A DNA stretch of 43,864 nucleotides from a virus (taxonomy: Duplodnaviria; Caudoviricetes): positions 1-43,864 of the IMG/VR virus record IMGVR_UViG_3300049982_000240; one strand, 5' to 3'. The position numbers and the translations under genes are program-made. Under the pieces are notes generated by a model, which ran no database searches, was not told the origin of the DNA, and was given only the letters and a program-made list of their open reading frames with translations. The first letter of the stretch is position 1, and every line of letters starts with the position of its first letter. Below, piece after piece: positions 16,734-26,306 of this stretch.

Positions 16734-17566
16734 CAGACCAGACTCGCGCCGACTTCGCGCAGGCGGATGCGGCCGCTCCGGAGCACGCGCGTCTTCGCGA
16801 ACCCCCACGACTTGCCGTCCAGCTGATAGAGCCACCCGCGCTCTGGTCGCGTGCCGTAGTCCATCAGGACAACGACCGGCTGGTTTCGCTCGAACAGCTG
16901 GCGGCGCAGGGTGCGGATCGTGCCGTCGTACTCGGTCGCGCCGATCGTGGCGAGATCGAGGTCGAGGGTGCGCCACGCGTACGTGGTGTCCGACCCTTGG
17001 TATCCCGCCGTGGAGACCGCCGACGTCTGGGTGCGCTCACCGGCGTCCTCGTCGAAGGTGCGTGAATAGCCGAGCAGCTGCGACCGCAACCCGAGCATGA
17101 CACCGGGGAGAATGGGCGCCATGTTGTCCACGACCACCACGCGCCACACCTGGTGGGCGGCGGCGGGGGCGTCGAAGAGCGCGTAGCAGGCGCCTTCCTC
17201 CGTCACCGCGAACCCGGTCGTCGGGTCCCCGCCCAGCGTCCCGATCGCCGGCACGGCCAGGGAGACATGCAGGGTCGCGCCGGCGACGCCGTAGCGCACC
17301 TGAATCGTCTTGCCCCAGAGGTTGTGGCCGCGATCGAGATACAGGTAATCGACCGTCCGATCGCCGCCGGTGCCGAGGTCGGCCTCGACGTAGTGACTGA
17401 CTGCGGCCGCGGTCGGCTGCCAGCTCGTGCGCTCGCGCCGGTAGTCGGCGACACGAAACGCCTCATGGCCCGTGCGCTCGCTCGATGACGAGAGCGTCGC
17501 GAACGGATACTGCGTCACCGTGTCGAACACGTTGTCGACCAGGAGGAGGGGAGGGCGCGGCGTCAT
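16733..17566 (-). CDS. Distal tail (Dit)-position protein
   Basis: Directly after the TMP; ends in IRLREV. Confidence 0.65.
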   Translation of the reverse strand: MTPRPPLLLVDNVFDTVTQYPFATLSSSSERTGHEAFRVADYRRERTSWQPTAAAVSHYVEADLGTGGDRTVDYLYLDRGHNLWGKTIQVRYGVAGATLHVSLAVPAIGTLGGDPTTGFAVTEEGACYALFDAPAAAHQVWRVVVVDNMAPILPGVMLGLRSQLLGYSRTFDEDAGERTQTSAVSTAGYQGSDTTYAWRTLDLDLATIGATEYDGTIRTLRRQLFERNQPVVVLMDYGTRPERGWLYQLDGKSWGFAKTRVLRSGRIRLREVGASLV

Positions 17567-19257
17567 GCAGCCCCCACGAGGCCCGTCGTCGGCGCGATCA
17601 GGATCGGCCGCTTCAGCGTGTTCGAGCGGTTGATCTGGTAGATCGCCTCACTGATCACTTCCTTGCTGAACGGGTTGACGGTCTGCAGCACGATCGTCTG
17701 CGCGCCCGACCCACCATTCGCGTCGCGAGGCTGGAAGGTTGAGGAGGCGGCATCCCCACCCCCGCCCGCTCCTCCTCCCCCGCCGCCACCGCTCACCACG
17801 CCGGCGGCTTCCGCGCCGGCGGCCACGGCCGCGGCCGCATACCCGCCAGCGGCGGCAAGGTGCAGCGCCCCGCCAGCGACGTTGCCCGAGCCGAACGCCG
17901 CCATCGCCGCGGCCCACTCGACCTTCGCGCTGATCGCGGCCTTCTTCCCCTGGACGGCGATTTCGTAGAGCCGCACCGCGTCGGCGCTCGCCTTCGCCAT
18001 GGCGCCGACGACGGTACCGTGGTTCTTCACCGCAGCCGAGAGCTTCGCGTAGCCCTGCAGCCCTTCCTCCGTGACCTTCCGCTTCGCGACGGCCGCTTCG
18101 CGCTCAACCAGCTGGATCGAGTACAGGCGCTTCCGGTTGATCTCGTCCAGCGCCGCCTTCATGTCGTCATCCGACATCCGACGCTTCTCGGCGGCCTGCC
18201 GCTCGGAGATCGCCTCGTTCTCAATGAGCTCGCGCCGCCGCCGGAACTCGTTTTCGTCCAGCGCGATATTCGCCGCGGCGGCGGCGGCCGAGAGCGTCAG
18301 GACGTAGTCGTTGTCGAGGCGCTTCTTCTCGGCTGCTGTCTTGGCGCGCTGCTCGGCTGCGCGGTCCGTCTCCTTCGCCTTCTCGCGAAGCTCATTCGTA
18401 ATGGCGACCCGGCGCTTGTATAGCGCCTCGATCTGGGCGCCGAGGTTCACGTTCGCTTGGAGGGCGTCGGTGTCGCCGCGCCGCATGCCGTCGGCGAGCG
18501 CTGCCCGGCGCGCGTCCACCCGCGCGATCTCCTCGTTGACCTGCTGGACGCTCTTGAGGTTCGCGTAATGGTCGGCAGCCGCCTGGGAGAGCTTCCCCTC
18601 GGGGATGTCGTTCAGTGCACGCTTCGCCTCGATGGCCAGGCCGATCAGGACACCGATCGCGGCGATCAGCACACCGATCCCTGCCGCGCTGGCAGCGAAC
18701 CTCGCGTTGGTGCTCATCACCAACATCCCCTGCGCCACGTTGCCAGCCGCCGTCGCAAGACCCGAGATGGATCCGCTCCCTGACGCGGCGGCCGCGGCGA
18801 GGAGGCCGAGCGAGTTGCCCGCCTGCCGCGCAGCGGGCGGGATCTTGTTGATCGCCCCCGTGACTGCGGCGGCACTCGCGGCCGCGGCCTGCGCCGTGGT
18901 GAGCCCAGGCAGGGCGGGGCCCAGCTGCGGACCGGTCGGCCCCGCGAGCGCACCCGTCGCCGCCTGCTGCTTGAGCTGCGTCGATGCCTTCGTCGCCGCC
19001 GCGGCGAGGTTGTTCTCCTCGGCGACGATGTGGGCGAGGATCTGCCCCAGCTTCTGCATGTCGCCGCCGGCCTCGGCGACCGCGCGGCGGGACTGCTCCA
19101 TCGTCGCGGTCAGCTTCTGCTGGCCGGCGGCGGCCTTCTCCGTCGCCTCCTTCACCGCGGTCCCGAGCCCGGTCGTCTCCGTGCGCATCTCGCGCACGCC
19201 AGAGGTGTCGGCGCGCGAGTCCAGCTGCAGGGCAATCCGTTCGGCGCCGCTTCCCAT
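17563..19257 (-). CDS. Tape measure protein (564 aa)
   Basis: Ala-rich helical protein with hydrophobic segments and a Gly-rich C-terminus. Follows the frameshifted chaperones. Confidence 0.85.
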   Translation of the reverse strand: MGSGAERIALQLDSRADTSGVREMRTETTGLGTAVKEATEKAAAGQQKLTATMEQSRRAVAEAGGDMQKLGQILAHIVAEENNLAAAATKASTQLKQQAATGALAGPTGPQLGPALPGLTTAQAAAASAAAVTGAINKIPPAARQAGNSLGLLAAAAASGSGSISGLATAAGNVAQGMLVMSTNARFAASAAGIGVLIAAIGVLIGLAIEAKRALNDIPEGKLSQAAADHYANLKSVQQVNEEIARVDARRAALADGMRRGDTDALQANVNLGAQIEALYKRRVAITNELREKAKETDRAAEQRAKTAAEKKRLDNDYVLTLSAAAAAANIALDENEFRRRRELIENEAISERQAAEKRRMSDDDMKAALDEINRKRLYSIQLVEREAAVAKRKVTEEGLQGYAKLSAAVKNHGTVVGAMAKASADAVRLYEIAVQGKKAAISAKVEWAAAMAAFGSGNVAGGALHLAAAGGYAAAAVAAGAEAAGVVSGGGGGGGAGGGGDAASSTFQPRDANGGSGAQTIVLQTVNPFSKEVISEAIYQINRSNTLKRPILIAPTTGLVGAA

Positions 19258-19661
19258 CAGTCCTCCCCGTTCTCCGCGGTGATCTCGTCGTACTTCGCCT
19301 GCACTCGCTTCTCGTAGTGCGCCGTCAGCTGCACCAGCTCCACGTACCGCGCCGGCTGATCGGCGATGCCGCCCGCCACCAGCAGGAAGCCCTGCTCATA
19401 CGCCGGATACAGCGAGTCGACGTACCGGTGGATCTCCGCCGCCTCTCGGGCGGGTGCCAGCTGCAGGGTGCGCAGCGGACAGCGCTCGAGTCGTTCGCCC
19501 GTGATCAGGTTCTCTGTCCACAGTTGCGTCGAAGGTGGGCCGTCGTGGCCGAGGATCACCTTCAGCGCCGGGTTCTTCGCGCACTCCGTGCAGTCGTAGA
19601 ATGTCGGCCCGGCCAACCGTCGCCCGAGGACGACGTGCGCCCGGGCCGCTAGGAGTTTTTT
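19257..19661 (-). CDS. Tail assembly chaperone, -1 frameshift extension (gpGT-like)
   Basis: The -1 frame after A-AAA-AAC reads KLLAARAHVV...CTEC...RCP...AGGIADQP. Confidence 0.8.
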   Translation of the reverse strand, partial: KKLLAARAHVVLGRRLAGPTFYDCTECAKNPALKVILGHDGPPSTQLWTENLITGERLERCPLRTLQLAPAREAAEIHRYVDSLYPAYEQGFLLVAGGIADQPARYVELVQLTAHYEKRVQAKYDEITAENGED

Positions 19662-20038
19662 TCCGTCCGTCCGATGGTCGAACGGTCGTAGATTTCGCCG
19701 CCGAGCTCCGCGATGTCCGTGTCGTGCAGCTGCTCGAGGTAGCGGGCGCGCTCTTCCGTCCCGATCGGCCACGGCTTCGGCGCGCCGACCGGAAAGTTCT
19801 GCACGTCCTCGATGTGGCTGAGGCAGAGCGCGAGCGCGACCTGCCGCTCACGGCCTGCCACGACCTGCGTCCCGTCCCCCTGGATGATCACGCGTGAGGC
19901 GTCGTCGTACGCCGCAACGCGCTCCGCCTGTGTCATGGGGCTGAGCCGGAAGACGGTCTGTTCCTCCGCCTTCAGCGTCTGATCGCTGGCGAGCACGTAC
20001 GTCCACGACTCCGCCAGCCTGCTCACCGAGCGCGCCAT
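19649..20038 (-). CDS. Tail assembly chaperone (gpG-like)
   Basis: Between tail tube and TMP; ends GAA AAA AAC TCC TAG. Confidence 0.85.
   Translation of the reverse strand: MARSVSRLAESWTYVLASDQTLKAEEQTVFRLSPMTQAERVAAYDDASRVIIQGDGTQVVAGRERQVALALCLSHIEDVQNFPVGAPKPWPIGTEERARYLEQLHDTDIAELGGEIYDRSTIGRTEKNS
19655..19661 (-). other. Programmed -1 ribosomal frameshift site A AAA AAC
   Basis: Canonical X XXY YYZ heptamer two codons before the stop. Confidence 0.85.
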
Positions 20039-21018
20039 CAGCTGTACACCAGGTTGAGGTCACGGCCTGACGTCGGCGCGCCTGCCCCGAGCGTGCCTTC
20101 GAGCGACATGGTGTTGATGCCACCTACGGCGCCCATCTTCGGCGCTTCCTGGGACCAGCGGCCGGTCTGGATGATCAGCCGGTTGCCGGCGGAGACCCCG
20201 ATCTGCCAGACCGAGAGCGGCTGCGAGCTGCCGACCGCCTTCGAGAGGGCGTAGGCGTCGAAGGTGGCGAGCGCCGGCACCTCGACGTTCATCGTCTGCT
20301 TCATGGCCCGATCGGTGATCAGGTACCCGACCAGCCCATCGGCGGCGCCAGCGGACGGGCGCTCCGTCGTGATCGCTGCGTCGTCGAGCTCCGCGCTCTT
20401 CACGACGAGCGGATCCGACCCGGCGTTCGATGCCCAGCTGCCGATCGACGCGACGCTCGTGTGGAAGAGCGGCGGCAGGATGCTCGACAGCGTGAGCGCC
20501 GGGAGCGAGACCTCGGTCGGGTCGCTGCTCATCTTGCCGACGATCGAGAACGTCATCAGCCCGCGCTTCGCCGCCTCGGCGGAGAGCTTCATCGAGGCGA
20601 TGCAGCCGACCAGCTTGAACAGCTTGCCGGCCGAGTAGCAGTAGACCGTGCCGGTCTCCATCCCCTCGTCGAGCGTGGTGTAGGTGACGCTCACGCCGGC
20701 GCTCACCGACTTCGATCGCCCGCTGATGCGCAGCAGCGCGTCGGCTTCCGGCGCCGTACCGGCCGCGCCAGAGCCCTTCACCTCGAGCGTGACCTCGATG
20801 CGGCCGAAACGGCCGGCGGCTTCCGTGCGGTCTTCGCGGATCAGCCGCCCGCTCTGCACGTCGTCGCGGTTGCCCTGCTCGAGGTAGCCGTAGGTGAGCG
20901 TCGGGATGCCGACCAGCTTCACCGCGTCGGCGCTCCCGGTCGGCACGGCATCCGTGCCCGAGGTCGTCTCGACCTTGACGAGGACGCCGAAGATCTTCTC
21001 TCTGTAGGGACCAGCCAT
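20038..21018 (-). CDS. Major tail tube protein
   Basis: VLVKVETTSGTDAVPT, ELKGSG.AGTAPE-like motif (EVKGSGAAGTAPE), FKLVGC. No sheath gene seen. Confidence 0.8.
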   Translation of the reverse strand: MAGPYREKIFGVLVKVETTSGTDAVPTGSADAVKLVGIPTLTYGYLEQGNRDDVQSGRLIREDRTEAAGRFGRIEVTLEVKGSGAAGTAPEADALLRISGRSKSVSAGVSVTYTTLDEGMETGTVYCYSAGKLFKLVGCIASMKLSAEAAKRGLMTFSIVGKMSSDPTEVSLPALTLSSILPPLFHTSVASIGSWASNAGSDPLVVKSAELDDAAITTERPSAGAADGLVGYLITDRAMKQTMNVEVPALATFDAYALSKAVGSSQPLSVWQIGVSAGNRLIIQTGRWSQEAPKMGAVGGINTMSLEGTLGAGAPTSGRDLNLVYS

Positions 21019-21020
21019 GG

Positions 21021-21203
21021 TCAGTCCTCCGAAGCGGTCGAGGTGAGCGGGGCACCGGTCTCATCGATCGCCTGCGCGGCGATCACCTGATGCGCGAGGC
21101 CGTCCGTGTTCGGTCCGCGCGCGACCTCGACGGTCTCGGTGAAGGGCCGCTCGTCGCGCGGGGCGGCCGCCTTGCTGGCAGCGTTCTTCTTGGGGCTGGT
21201 CAT
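21021..21203 (-). CDS. Small hypothetical protein
   Basis: GGAG RBS; coupled to the upstream stop. Confidence 0.6.
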   Translation of the reverse strand: MTSPKKNAASKAAAPRDERPFTETVEVARGPNTDGLAHQVIAAQAIDETGAPLTSTASED

Positions 21204-21685
21204 AGGGTGCTCCGCTCCGACAGCGTGAGGGTGGCGAGGAATCCGTGTGAGGTGGGGCCGGTGAACTGGCCGAAGTCGTAGGCGATCGGGTCCTGGACGT
21301 CGATGATCGTTCCCCCGGTCGCGTCCGAGAACGCGCGCAGCTGGTCGATCACCTTCGCGATCGCCGTCGCCGCCAGCGTGACGTTCTCCTGGATGTCGTC
21401 CGGCTCGGCCCCGAAGTACTCGTAGCCGATCTCGAGCTCGGCGAGCGCGTCGCGGTGCCCGGTGTCCGACGCATTGCCCACGGGCACCCAGCGGCGAGGC
21501 CGGACCATCAGATTCGGCGCGCGGGTATCGGTCGGGCGGCCAGAGAGGATCCAGTCGATCAGCGCGAAGTCGCTCCGGATGACCGCGCTGCCCGGCTCGG
21601 CGAGCGATTCGACGGCCTGCGTGAAGCCGACGTCGGGGTCGAGCAACGCCTCCTTCAGGGTGGCGAGGATCTGCGGCATGCTCAT
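21200..21685 (-). CDS. Tail terminator-position protein
   Basis: Synteny before the tail tube; coupled ATG at 21685. Confidence 0.6.
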   Translation of the reverse strand: MSMPQILATLKEALLDPDVGFTQAVESLAEPGSAVIRSDFALIDWILSGRPTDTRAPNLMVRPRRWVPVGNASDTGHRDALAELEIGYEYFGAEPDDIQENVTLAATAIAKVIDQLRAFSDATGGTIIDVQDPIAYDFGQFTGPTSHGFLATLTLSERSTL

Positions 21686-22230
21686 CGATCGGCACCAGGA
21701 TCGCGCCATTCCGCTCTGCGCGTGGTGCCCCGGCGGGAGGTCGCGCCATCTCGACCGGTGAGGTAGAGCCGGATCGGATGCACGATCGCCGTCTTGTTGT
21801 CGGCCGTGAGCAGCACCGGCGCGCGGCGCGGGAGCCGGGTGCGCGGACGGTTCGACTGGTGGTAGGCGAAGACCTGCGCGATCTCCGGCTCAAGGTGGTA
21901 CTGCATCAGCTGCGGGCGAGAGACCACGTGTGCGCCGTCGCCCACGGTGAGGGCGCGCTTGAGGGTGCCGGTCCGTTCGAGGATCGGGTGCGCCGGCGGG
22001 AACCCCTGACGCTTCCGGTCAGCCTGCGTCGACGCGGCGAGCGGCTTCCACGCCGCACCCGTGCTCTTGCCTTCCGAGGCGAAGGCTGCGGCGACGATGG
22101 TCTGGAACGCCTGGACGACCCCAGCCCACGCGGGCCGCAGGTCAGTCATCCGCGCTTCGATGCCAGCGAAGACGCGATCGATTTCGACCACGCCCTCGAC
22201 GGAGAAGGAGATGCGAACGGGGGCCGTCAT
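21682..22230 (-). CDS. Virion morphogenesis / tail completion protein (Mu gpG-like)
   Basis: DLRPAW...F.SEG...WKPLA.ST...ILERTGTL...AYHQ...LPRR. Confidence 0.85.
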   Translation of the reverse strand: MTAPVRISFSVEGVVEIDRVFAGIEARMTDLRPAWAGVVQAFQTIVAAAFASEGKSTGAAWKPLAASTQADRKRQGFPPAHPILERTGTLKRALTVGDGAHVVSRPQLMQYHLEPEIAQVFAYHQSNRPRTRLPRRAPVLLTADNKTAIVHPIRLYLTGRDGATSRRGTTRRAEWRDPGADR

Positions 22231-22721
22231 CAGTAGCGCCCCAGGTCGCCGTACCCATAGCCGCCGCGATGCGGGGCCGGGCCGAGATCGCTGTCGCAGA
22301 CGAGCAGGTCGCGACAGGGAATGGTGGAGGACGACAGCACGCGATTGACCGGGTCGCCAGCGCCAGCGGCCTGCGTCTGCAGCTCGGTGATGGAGGCGAT
22401 CGCTGCCTTCGCGTTCTCCTCGTATGGATCCAGCAGGGCGGCGAGGACGTCGGGCGCCTGACCGGCGTAGACGATGCCGAGCACGCGGGCCTTCACCCGG
22501 TTCAGGATCACGTCGCGCACGAGTGGCGCAACGCGGTCTGACGCCGACGGGACCGCACCGGACGCGTTCTGCACCGCGATCGAGGCCCGGAGGTCTTCGG
22601 TCGTGATGAAGGAGACCACCTGCGCCAGCGTGGGCGCGGTGACCTGGGTGAAGCCCACCGGAAACAGCGTGATGAGCTCCGCCGCCACGTCGGCCGGCAC
22701 GATCCCGTAGGTGTCAGCCAT
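22230..22721 (-). CDS. Head-tail adaptor (Mu gp36-position)
   Basis: N-terminal YG...ADV motif, helical composition and synteny. Confidence 0.65.
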   Translation of the reverse strand: MADTYGIVPADVAAELITLFPVGFTQVTAPTLAQVVSFITTEDLRASIAVQNASGAVPSASDRVAPLVRDVILNRVKARVLGIVYAGQAPDVLAALLDPYEENAKAAIASITELQTQAAGAGDPVNRVLSSSTIPCRDLLVCDSDLGPAPHRGGYGYGDLGRY

Positions 22722-22727
22722 CGGCCG

Positions 22728-23408
22728 TTACCCGGCCAGGGCGGCGGCGTGCTGCTCGCGGAGCGCCGAGACTTCCTCGCTCTGCTTCTGGGCCAGCTTC
22801 GCCAGCTGCGCGTCGGACTTGCCGGCGGCCTGCGCCTCAGCCGTCGCGGCCTCGTGCGAAGCCGTCAGGGCGGCCATCTCCTGCTCCTGCGAGGCGATCA
22901 GGTCGGCCTTCGCCGAGTCCGACGATGCCTGATCGAGTGAGGCGAGTTCGCTGGAAGTGGCGGGCCGGATGACCTTGTGACGCAGCAGCTCCTCGATCTC
23001 GTCGTCCTCCAGGTCCGTGTCGTCGACCAGGACACCCCCTCGAATGACCGTGAGCTCCTTGTCGCGCATTACGTGAACGTCGGAGTCGAGGAACATGGGG
23101 ACGTCCGGGATCTTCACTCCCGCCGCGCGACGCGACGGTCGACGCTTCACGGCGCCGGCGACCGCGAATGCCATCAGCGGGGCGAGATGCTTGGTCTTCG
23201 GCGCCTCGGGGAGCGGCAGGCTTGCGCGCGCCTCGATGTGCATGGTCGGGATCGAGTCGGCGTACAGGACGAGCGGCGCCGCCGAAGGCGGGGCGGCGCT
23301 GTCGGCATGGGAGACACGCTGATCGGTCTGGGCGCTCGCCGTGCTCGGCGTCGGGGCGAGCGCCGCCGCGGCGAGGAGCAAGGGGAGCGCGAGAAAGCGG
23401 GTGCGCAT
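22728..23408 (-). CDS. Post-capsid hypothetical protein with an N-terminal signal-peptide-like segment
   Basis: MRTRFLALPLLLAAAALAPTPSTASA|Q; acidic EIEELLRHKVIRPA segment; helical tail. Confidence 0.7.
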   Translation of the reverse strand: MRTRFLALPLLLAAAALAPTPSTASAQTDQRVSHADSAAPPSAAPLVLYADSIPTMHIEARASLPLPEAPKTKHLAPLMAFAVAGAVKRRPSRRAAGVKIPDVPMFLDSDVHVMRDKELTVIRGGVLVDDTDLEDDEIEELLRHKVIRPATSSELASLDQASSDSAKADLIASQEQEMAALTASHEAATAEAQAAGKSDAQLAKLAQKQSEEVSALREQHAAALAG

Positions 23409-23449
23409 GAGTTGGGGTCTCGGAGTCGGGGTGAAGGAGTAGTCCGAGC

Positions 23450-23479
23450 AGCCGCGGGACCCGGAAGGATCCCGCGGCT
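23450..23479 (-). terminator. Hairpin just downstream of the major capsid gene
   Basis: AGCCGCGGGA/TCCCGCGGCT 10-bp stem. No U-tract, so possibly an mRNA stabiliser or attenuator. Confidence 0.5.
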
Positions 23480-23486
23480 ACCACGG

Positions 23487-24485
23487 TCAGATGGTCGAGA
23501 GGGTGTTGATGATGATGCCGCCGGCGTCGGCGTAGATGATCTTCTCGCCGACCGCCTCCTTGCACTCGATCCAGTCGCCCTCGCGGCCCTCGTCGTCCGT
23601 CCGGTACTTCCGGATCTGACGCTCCTGGCCGGCGGTCTCGGCGGTCCAGTTGAACGAGCGGGCGAAGCTCGGCGCGTTCTGGTTCTGGCCCTGGTTGATC
23701 AGGCCGACCCACACCGTGTCGCCCCAGAGGAACGTCGGGGTGTACCCGGTGATGACGTCGGAATCCGCGACCTCCGGGCCCGAGCCCGTCGACATCGAGG
23801 CGGAGAAGATCACCTCTTTCACGCCGAGCGCCGCCCGGAGCAGGTCGGCGGTGACCACGCCGGTGCTCGAGTACTTGATCCGGTCGAGGATCGCCGTGTT
23901 GTTCCAGAGCGCCGTCGTGTAGACGACCTCGGGGATCACCACGGTGAGCTGGGAGATCGGCACCAGGGCGTTCGCCGACACCTTGGCCACGAGCGCCATG
24001 ATGTCGATGAGCGGCTGGGCCGTGGAGACGACGGCTGCCTGATCCCACTCCGAGCCGCCCGCCTTCGTGATCTTCTGCGCGGCCGCGTAGTTGCCGGCCG
24101 TGGTGAAGAGGTCCGCCACCCGCTTCTCGCGCGAGATGATCATTGCGTTCGTCACGAGATCGGTCGCCGCCGTCTCGATGTCGAGATCGCTGTCCGCGTT
24201 CCGGCGCTCCGTGTCGAGCACGAGCGTGCGCAGCTTGCGCAGGTCTGCGTAGTACGTGCTGTCCGACCAGCGCATCTCGATCGCGTTCGGAATGGCGCCG
24301 GGGTTCCAGCGCGACTCGTGCGCGATCATGCCGTTCTTGCCCCAGATGCGATACTTGTCCGACTGCTTGCCGACCCGCACCCGCGGGGCGACCCGGTCCG
24401 CGATCATCTCGCGGTTCTGGAACCCGAGCGAGTACGTCTGCAGGAATGCAGGCGTGTGCACGCGGGTCACTCTGTCCTGTGCCAT
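23487..24485 (-). CDS. Major capsid protein
   Basis: L..YSLGFQN...IADRVAPRVRV, IISREKRVA, LGVKEV, FLWGD. Follows protease and cement genes. Confidence 0.85.
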   Translation of the reverse strand: MAQDRVTRVHTPAFLQTYSLGFQNREMIADRVAPRVRVGKQSDKYRIWGKNGMIAHESRWNPGAIPNAIEMRWSDSTYYADLRKLRTLVLDTERRNADSDLDIETAATDLVTNAMIISREKRVADLFTTAGNYAAAQKITKAGGSEWDQAAVVSTAQPLIDIMALVAKVSANALVPISQLTVVIPEVVYTTALWNNTAILDRIKYSSTGVVTADLLRAALGVKEVIFSASMSTGSGPEVADSDVITGYTPTFLWGDTVWVGLINQGQNQNAPSFARSFNWTAETAGQERQIRKYRTDDEGREGDWIECKEAVGEKIIYADAGGIIINTLSTI

Positions 24486-24542
24486 GAGTGAGATCCTTGC
24501 TAGAGTGAAAGTGCCGTGTGAACGAGAGCCCTGCGGTCCTGC

Positions 24543-24935
24543 TTACGGCGCCAGGAAGCCCGGGGAGGTGAGCTCGATCGGCACCAGCTGATCGGCGGCG
24601 GTCGCCGCCTGGCGACAGATGCCGAGCGCCAGCTGGCCGGTCGTGGCCGTCACGATCTTGCCGGCCGCATCGGAGGTGACGTAGGCATCGAGCGCCACCG
24701 CGGCGCCCACGCGCCCTTCGACGATCTCACCCGGGCGGTGCGCGACCGGCACGGTGCGGCCGGCCGTGTCCTGGTCGTCCACGGTGATGCCGATGTTGCG
24801 GCTGTTCGCCGTGGCGACGACGATCGTGTTCTGGTCGGCACCCCGCTTCACCGCGAACCCGCGGCCGATCGCGGCCGTGGCGATGAAGGTGGAGGGCATC
24901 AGGGCCCCCTTGGGGCCGTGCGTCGTGTTGCTCAT
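24543..24935 (-). CDS. Capsid cement/decoration protein (DUF2190-like)
   Basis: GAAVALDAYVTSDAAGKIV...LGI...AATAADQLVPI. Confidence 0.8.
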   Translation of the reverse strand: MSNTTHGPKGALMPSTFIATAAIGRGFAVKRGADQNTIVVATANSRNIGITVDDQDTAGRTVPVAHRPGEIVEGRVGAAVALDAYVTSDAAGKIVTATTGQLALGICRQAATAADQLVPIELTSPGFLAP

Positions 24936-24984
24936 GAGTGCAGTCCTATGGGATCAGGGTCGACGTGCGGTGATGGAGCGCGGG

Positions 24985-25590
24985 TCAGACGTCCGACTTC
25001 GCCTTCAGGCGGAGCGACGTGCTCGCCTTGCGCAGCGCGAGGCTGAAGGCCGCGCTGTGGCCGTGGCTCGCGGAGAGCGCCTTCACCTCGGCATCCGAGG
25101 CCATGATCTCCTTCGCCTTGGCGTCGAGCTTCACGTCGTCGGTCGCGTTCTCGCTCCCGATGTCCGCGCCAGTCGCCCGGTTGGTGATGTCGAGCTCCGG
25201 CATCGCCGTGAGGGCCTTCACCGTCTCCGTCTCGTCGAGCTTCACTCCCGCATGCAGCTCACGGGACAGCTCGCGAGCGAAGATCTTCCGGCTGAGCGGC
25301 GTCAGCTTCGACTCGTGTGCCTTCACCGTCGACTCGACGGACGAGGCGATCTCGCGCTCGCGCGCTTCCTTCGCCGCCTTCTCGCTCTCGGCGACCTTGG
25401 TGCTGAGCGCCTTGACGGTCTCGACGATCTTCTCCGGCTCGACGCCCAGCTGCTTCGCGAGCTCGGTGTTGAGGCTCCGCAGGCGGACGACCTCGGGCTG
25501 GAGGGCCGTCAGTTCGACGACTGCCTCCTCCTCGCTGGCGACCGGCTTCCCCGTGAGGGCAGTCGTCGCGGCGAGCATCTTCGTGGACAT
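24985..25590 (-). CDS. In-frame nested scaffold protein (Mu gpZ-like)
   Basis: Internal GAGGAG RBS (25597-25602) before MSTKMLAA; coiled-coil. Confidence 0.6.
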   Translation of the reverse strand: MSTKMLAATTALTGKPVASEEEAVVELTALQPEVVRLRSLNTELAKQLGVEPEKIVETVKALSTKVAESEKAAKEAREREIASSVESTVKAHESKLTPLSRKIFARELSRELHAGVKLDETETVKALTAMPELDITNRATGADIGSENATDDVKLDAKAKEIMASDAEVKALSASHGHSAAFSLALRKASTSLRLKAKSDV

Positions 25591-26247
25591 GATGTGCTCC
25601 TCACGTGAATCGGTTACCGCGGTCCCCGCGGCGGGGTCGTACTCTCGGCGGCCACCGCGGGAGGCGGCGACCGGAAGCATCTCGTCGAGGAAGGGCATCA
25701 TCGTGAGCGCGACCGCGAGAATGGTCGGCCCCTGGCCCTTCCCGTCCTTCTTGTCGGGGTAGTCATCGTCGAACGTGATCGACAGCTCGGAGAACTCCCC
25801 GGCCTGGATCTTCTCGAGCGCCTTGGGCGTCGGCTTCCAGCGCATCCAGAGACCGAGGTTCTGCGGGTCGTCGAGCGGGCGACCGACCTTGGCGCTCAGG
25901 CGCTGGGCGGTGGCCAGCAGCTCGCCGGTGAAGTCCGCGGCGGAGAACACGCCGACCAGCTCCTTCACCTCGCCCGCCTTCGGGATCTCGCCCTGGGCGC
26001 GGAGCTTCCGCACCTCCGGGTCGTTCGACGTCGAGGCGTGCTCGTAGTCGACGGGCACCTTGTTCGGGTACCCGGTCGTGAAGACGCGGACGAAGTTCTC
26101 GATCGCGGGGCGGTCGAGCTTGAACTCCTCGCCCTTGTTGTACCGCCCGACGGTGCAGGCGTGGCTCCAGAGTGTGCCGTCGGCGAGCAGCAGCCCGTCC
26201 GTCGCCTGCTCAAGCGGGGCGGAGAGGGTGTGGGTCGAATGCGTCAT
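24985..26247 (-). CDS. Mu-like prohead protease (gpI) with C-terminal scaffold
   Basis: VPVDYEH, KAGEV, GLW...WKP...IQAGEFSELSITF, AVALT..PFLDEMLPV. Confidence 0.9.
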   Translation of the reverse strand: MTHSTHTLSAPLEQATDGLLLADGTLWSHACTVGRYNKGEEFKLDRPAIENFVRVFTTGYPNKVPVDYEHASTSNDPEVRKLRAQGEIPKAGEVKELVGVFSAADFTGELLATAQRLSAKVGRPLDDPQNLGLWMRWKPTPKALEKIQAGEFSELSITFDDDYPDKKDGKGQGPTILAVALTMMPFLDEMLPVAASRGGRREYDPAAGTAVTDSREEHIMSTKMLAATTALTGKPVASEEEAVVELTALQPEVVRLRSLNTELAKQLGVEPEKIVETVKALSTKVAESEKAAKEAREREIASSVESTVKAHESKLTPLSRKIFARELSRELHAGVKLDETETVKALTAMPELDITNRATGADIGSENATDDVKLDAKAKEIMASDAEVKALSASHGHSAAFSLALRKASTSLRLKAKSDV

Positions 26248-26270
26248 AGTGACTCCCGGTGTCTCATAGC

Positions 26271-26299
26271 TGGACAGCCATTCCGCACCGGAATAGCAT
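26271..26299 (+). promoter_or_regulatory. Sigma70-like promoter for the methyltransferase, probably leaderless
   Basis: TGGACA, 17 bp, TAGCAT. The ATG at 26307 follows the -10 after 7 nt; no SD. Confidence 0.6.
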
Positions 26300-26306
26300 T
26301 CCTGCC

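Noticed and set aside
17740-17830. GGC/GGA low-complexity repeat
   Set aside because: Encodes the ordinary Gly-rich linker near the TMP C-terminus.
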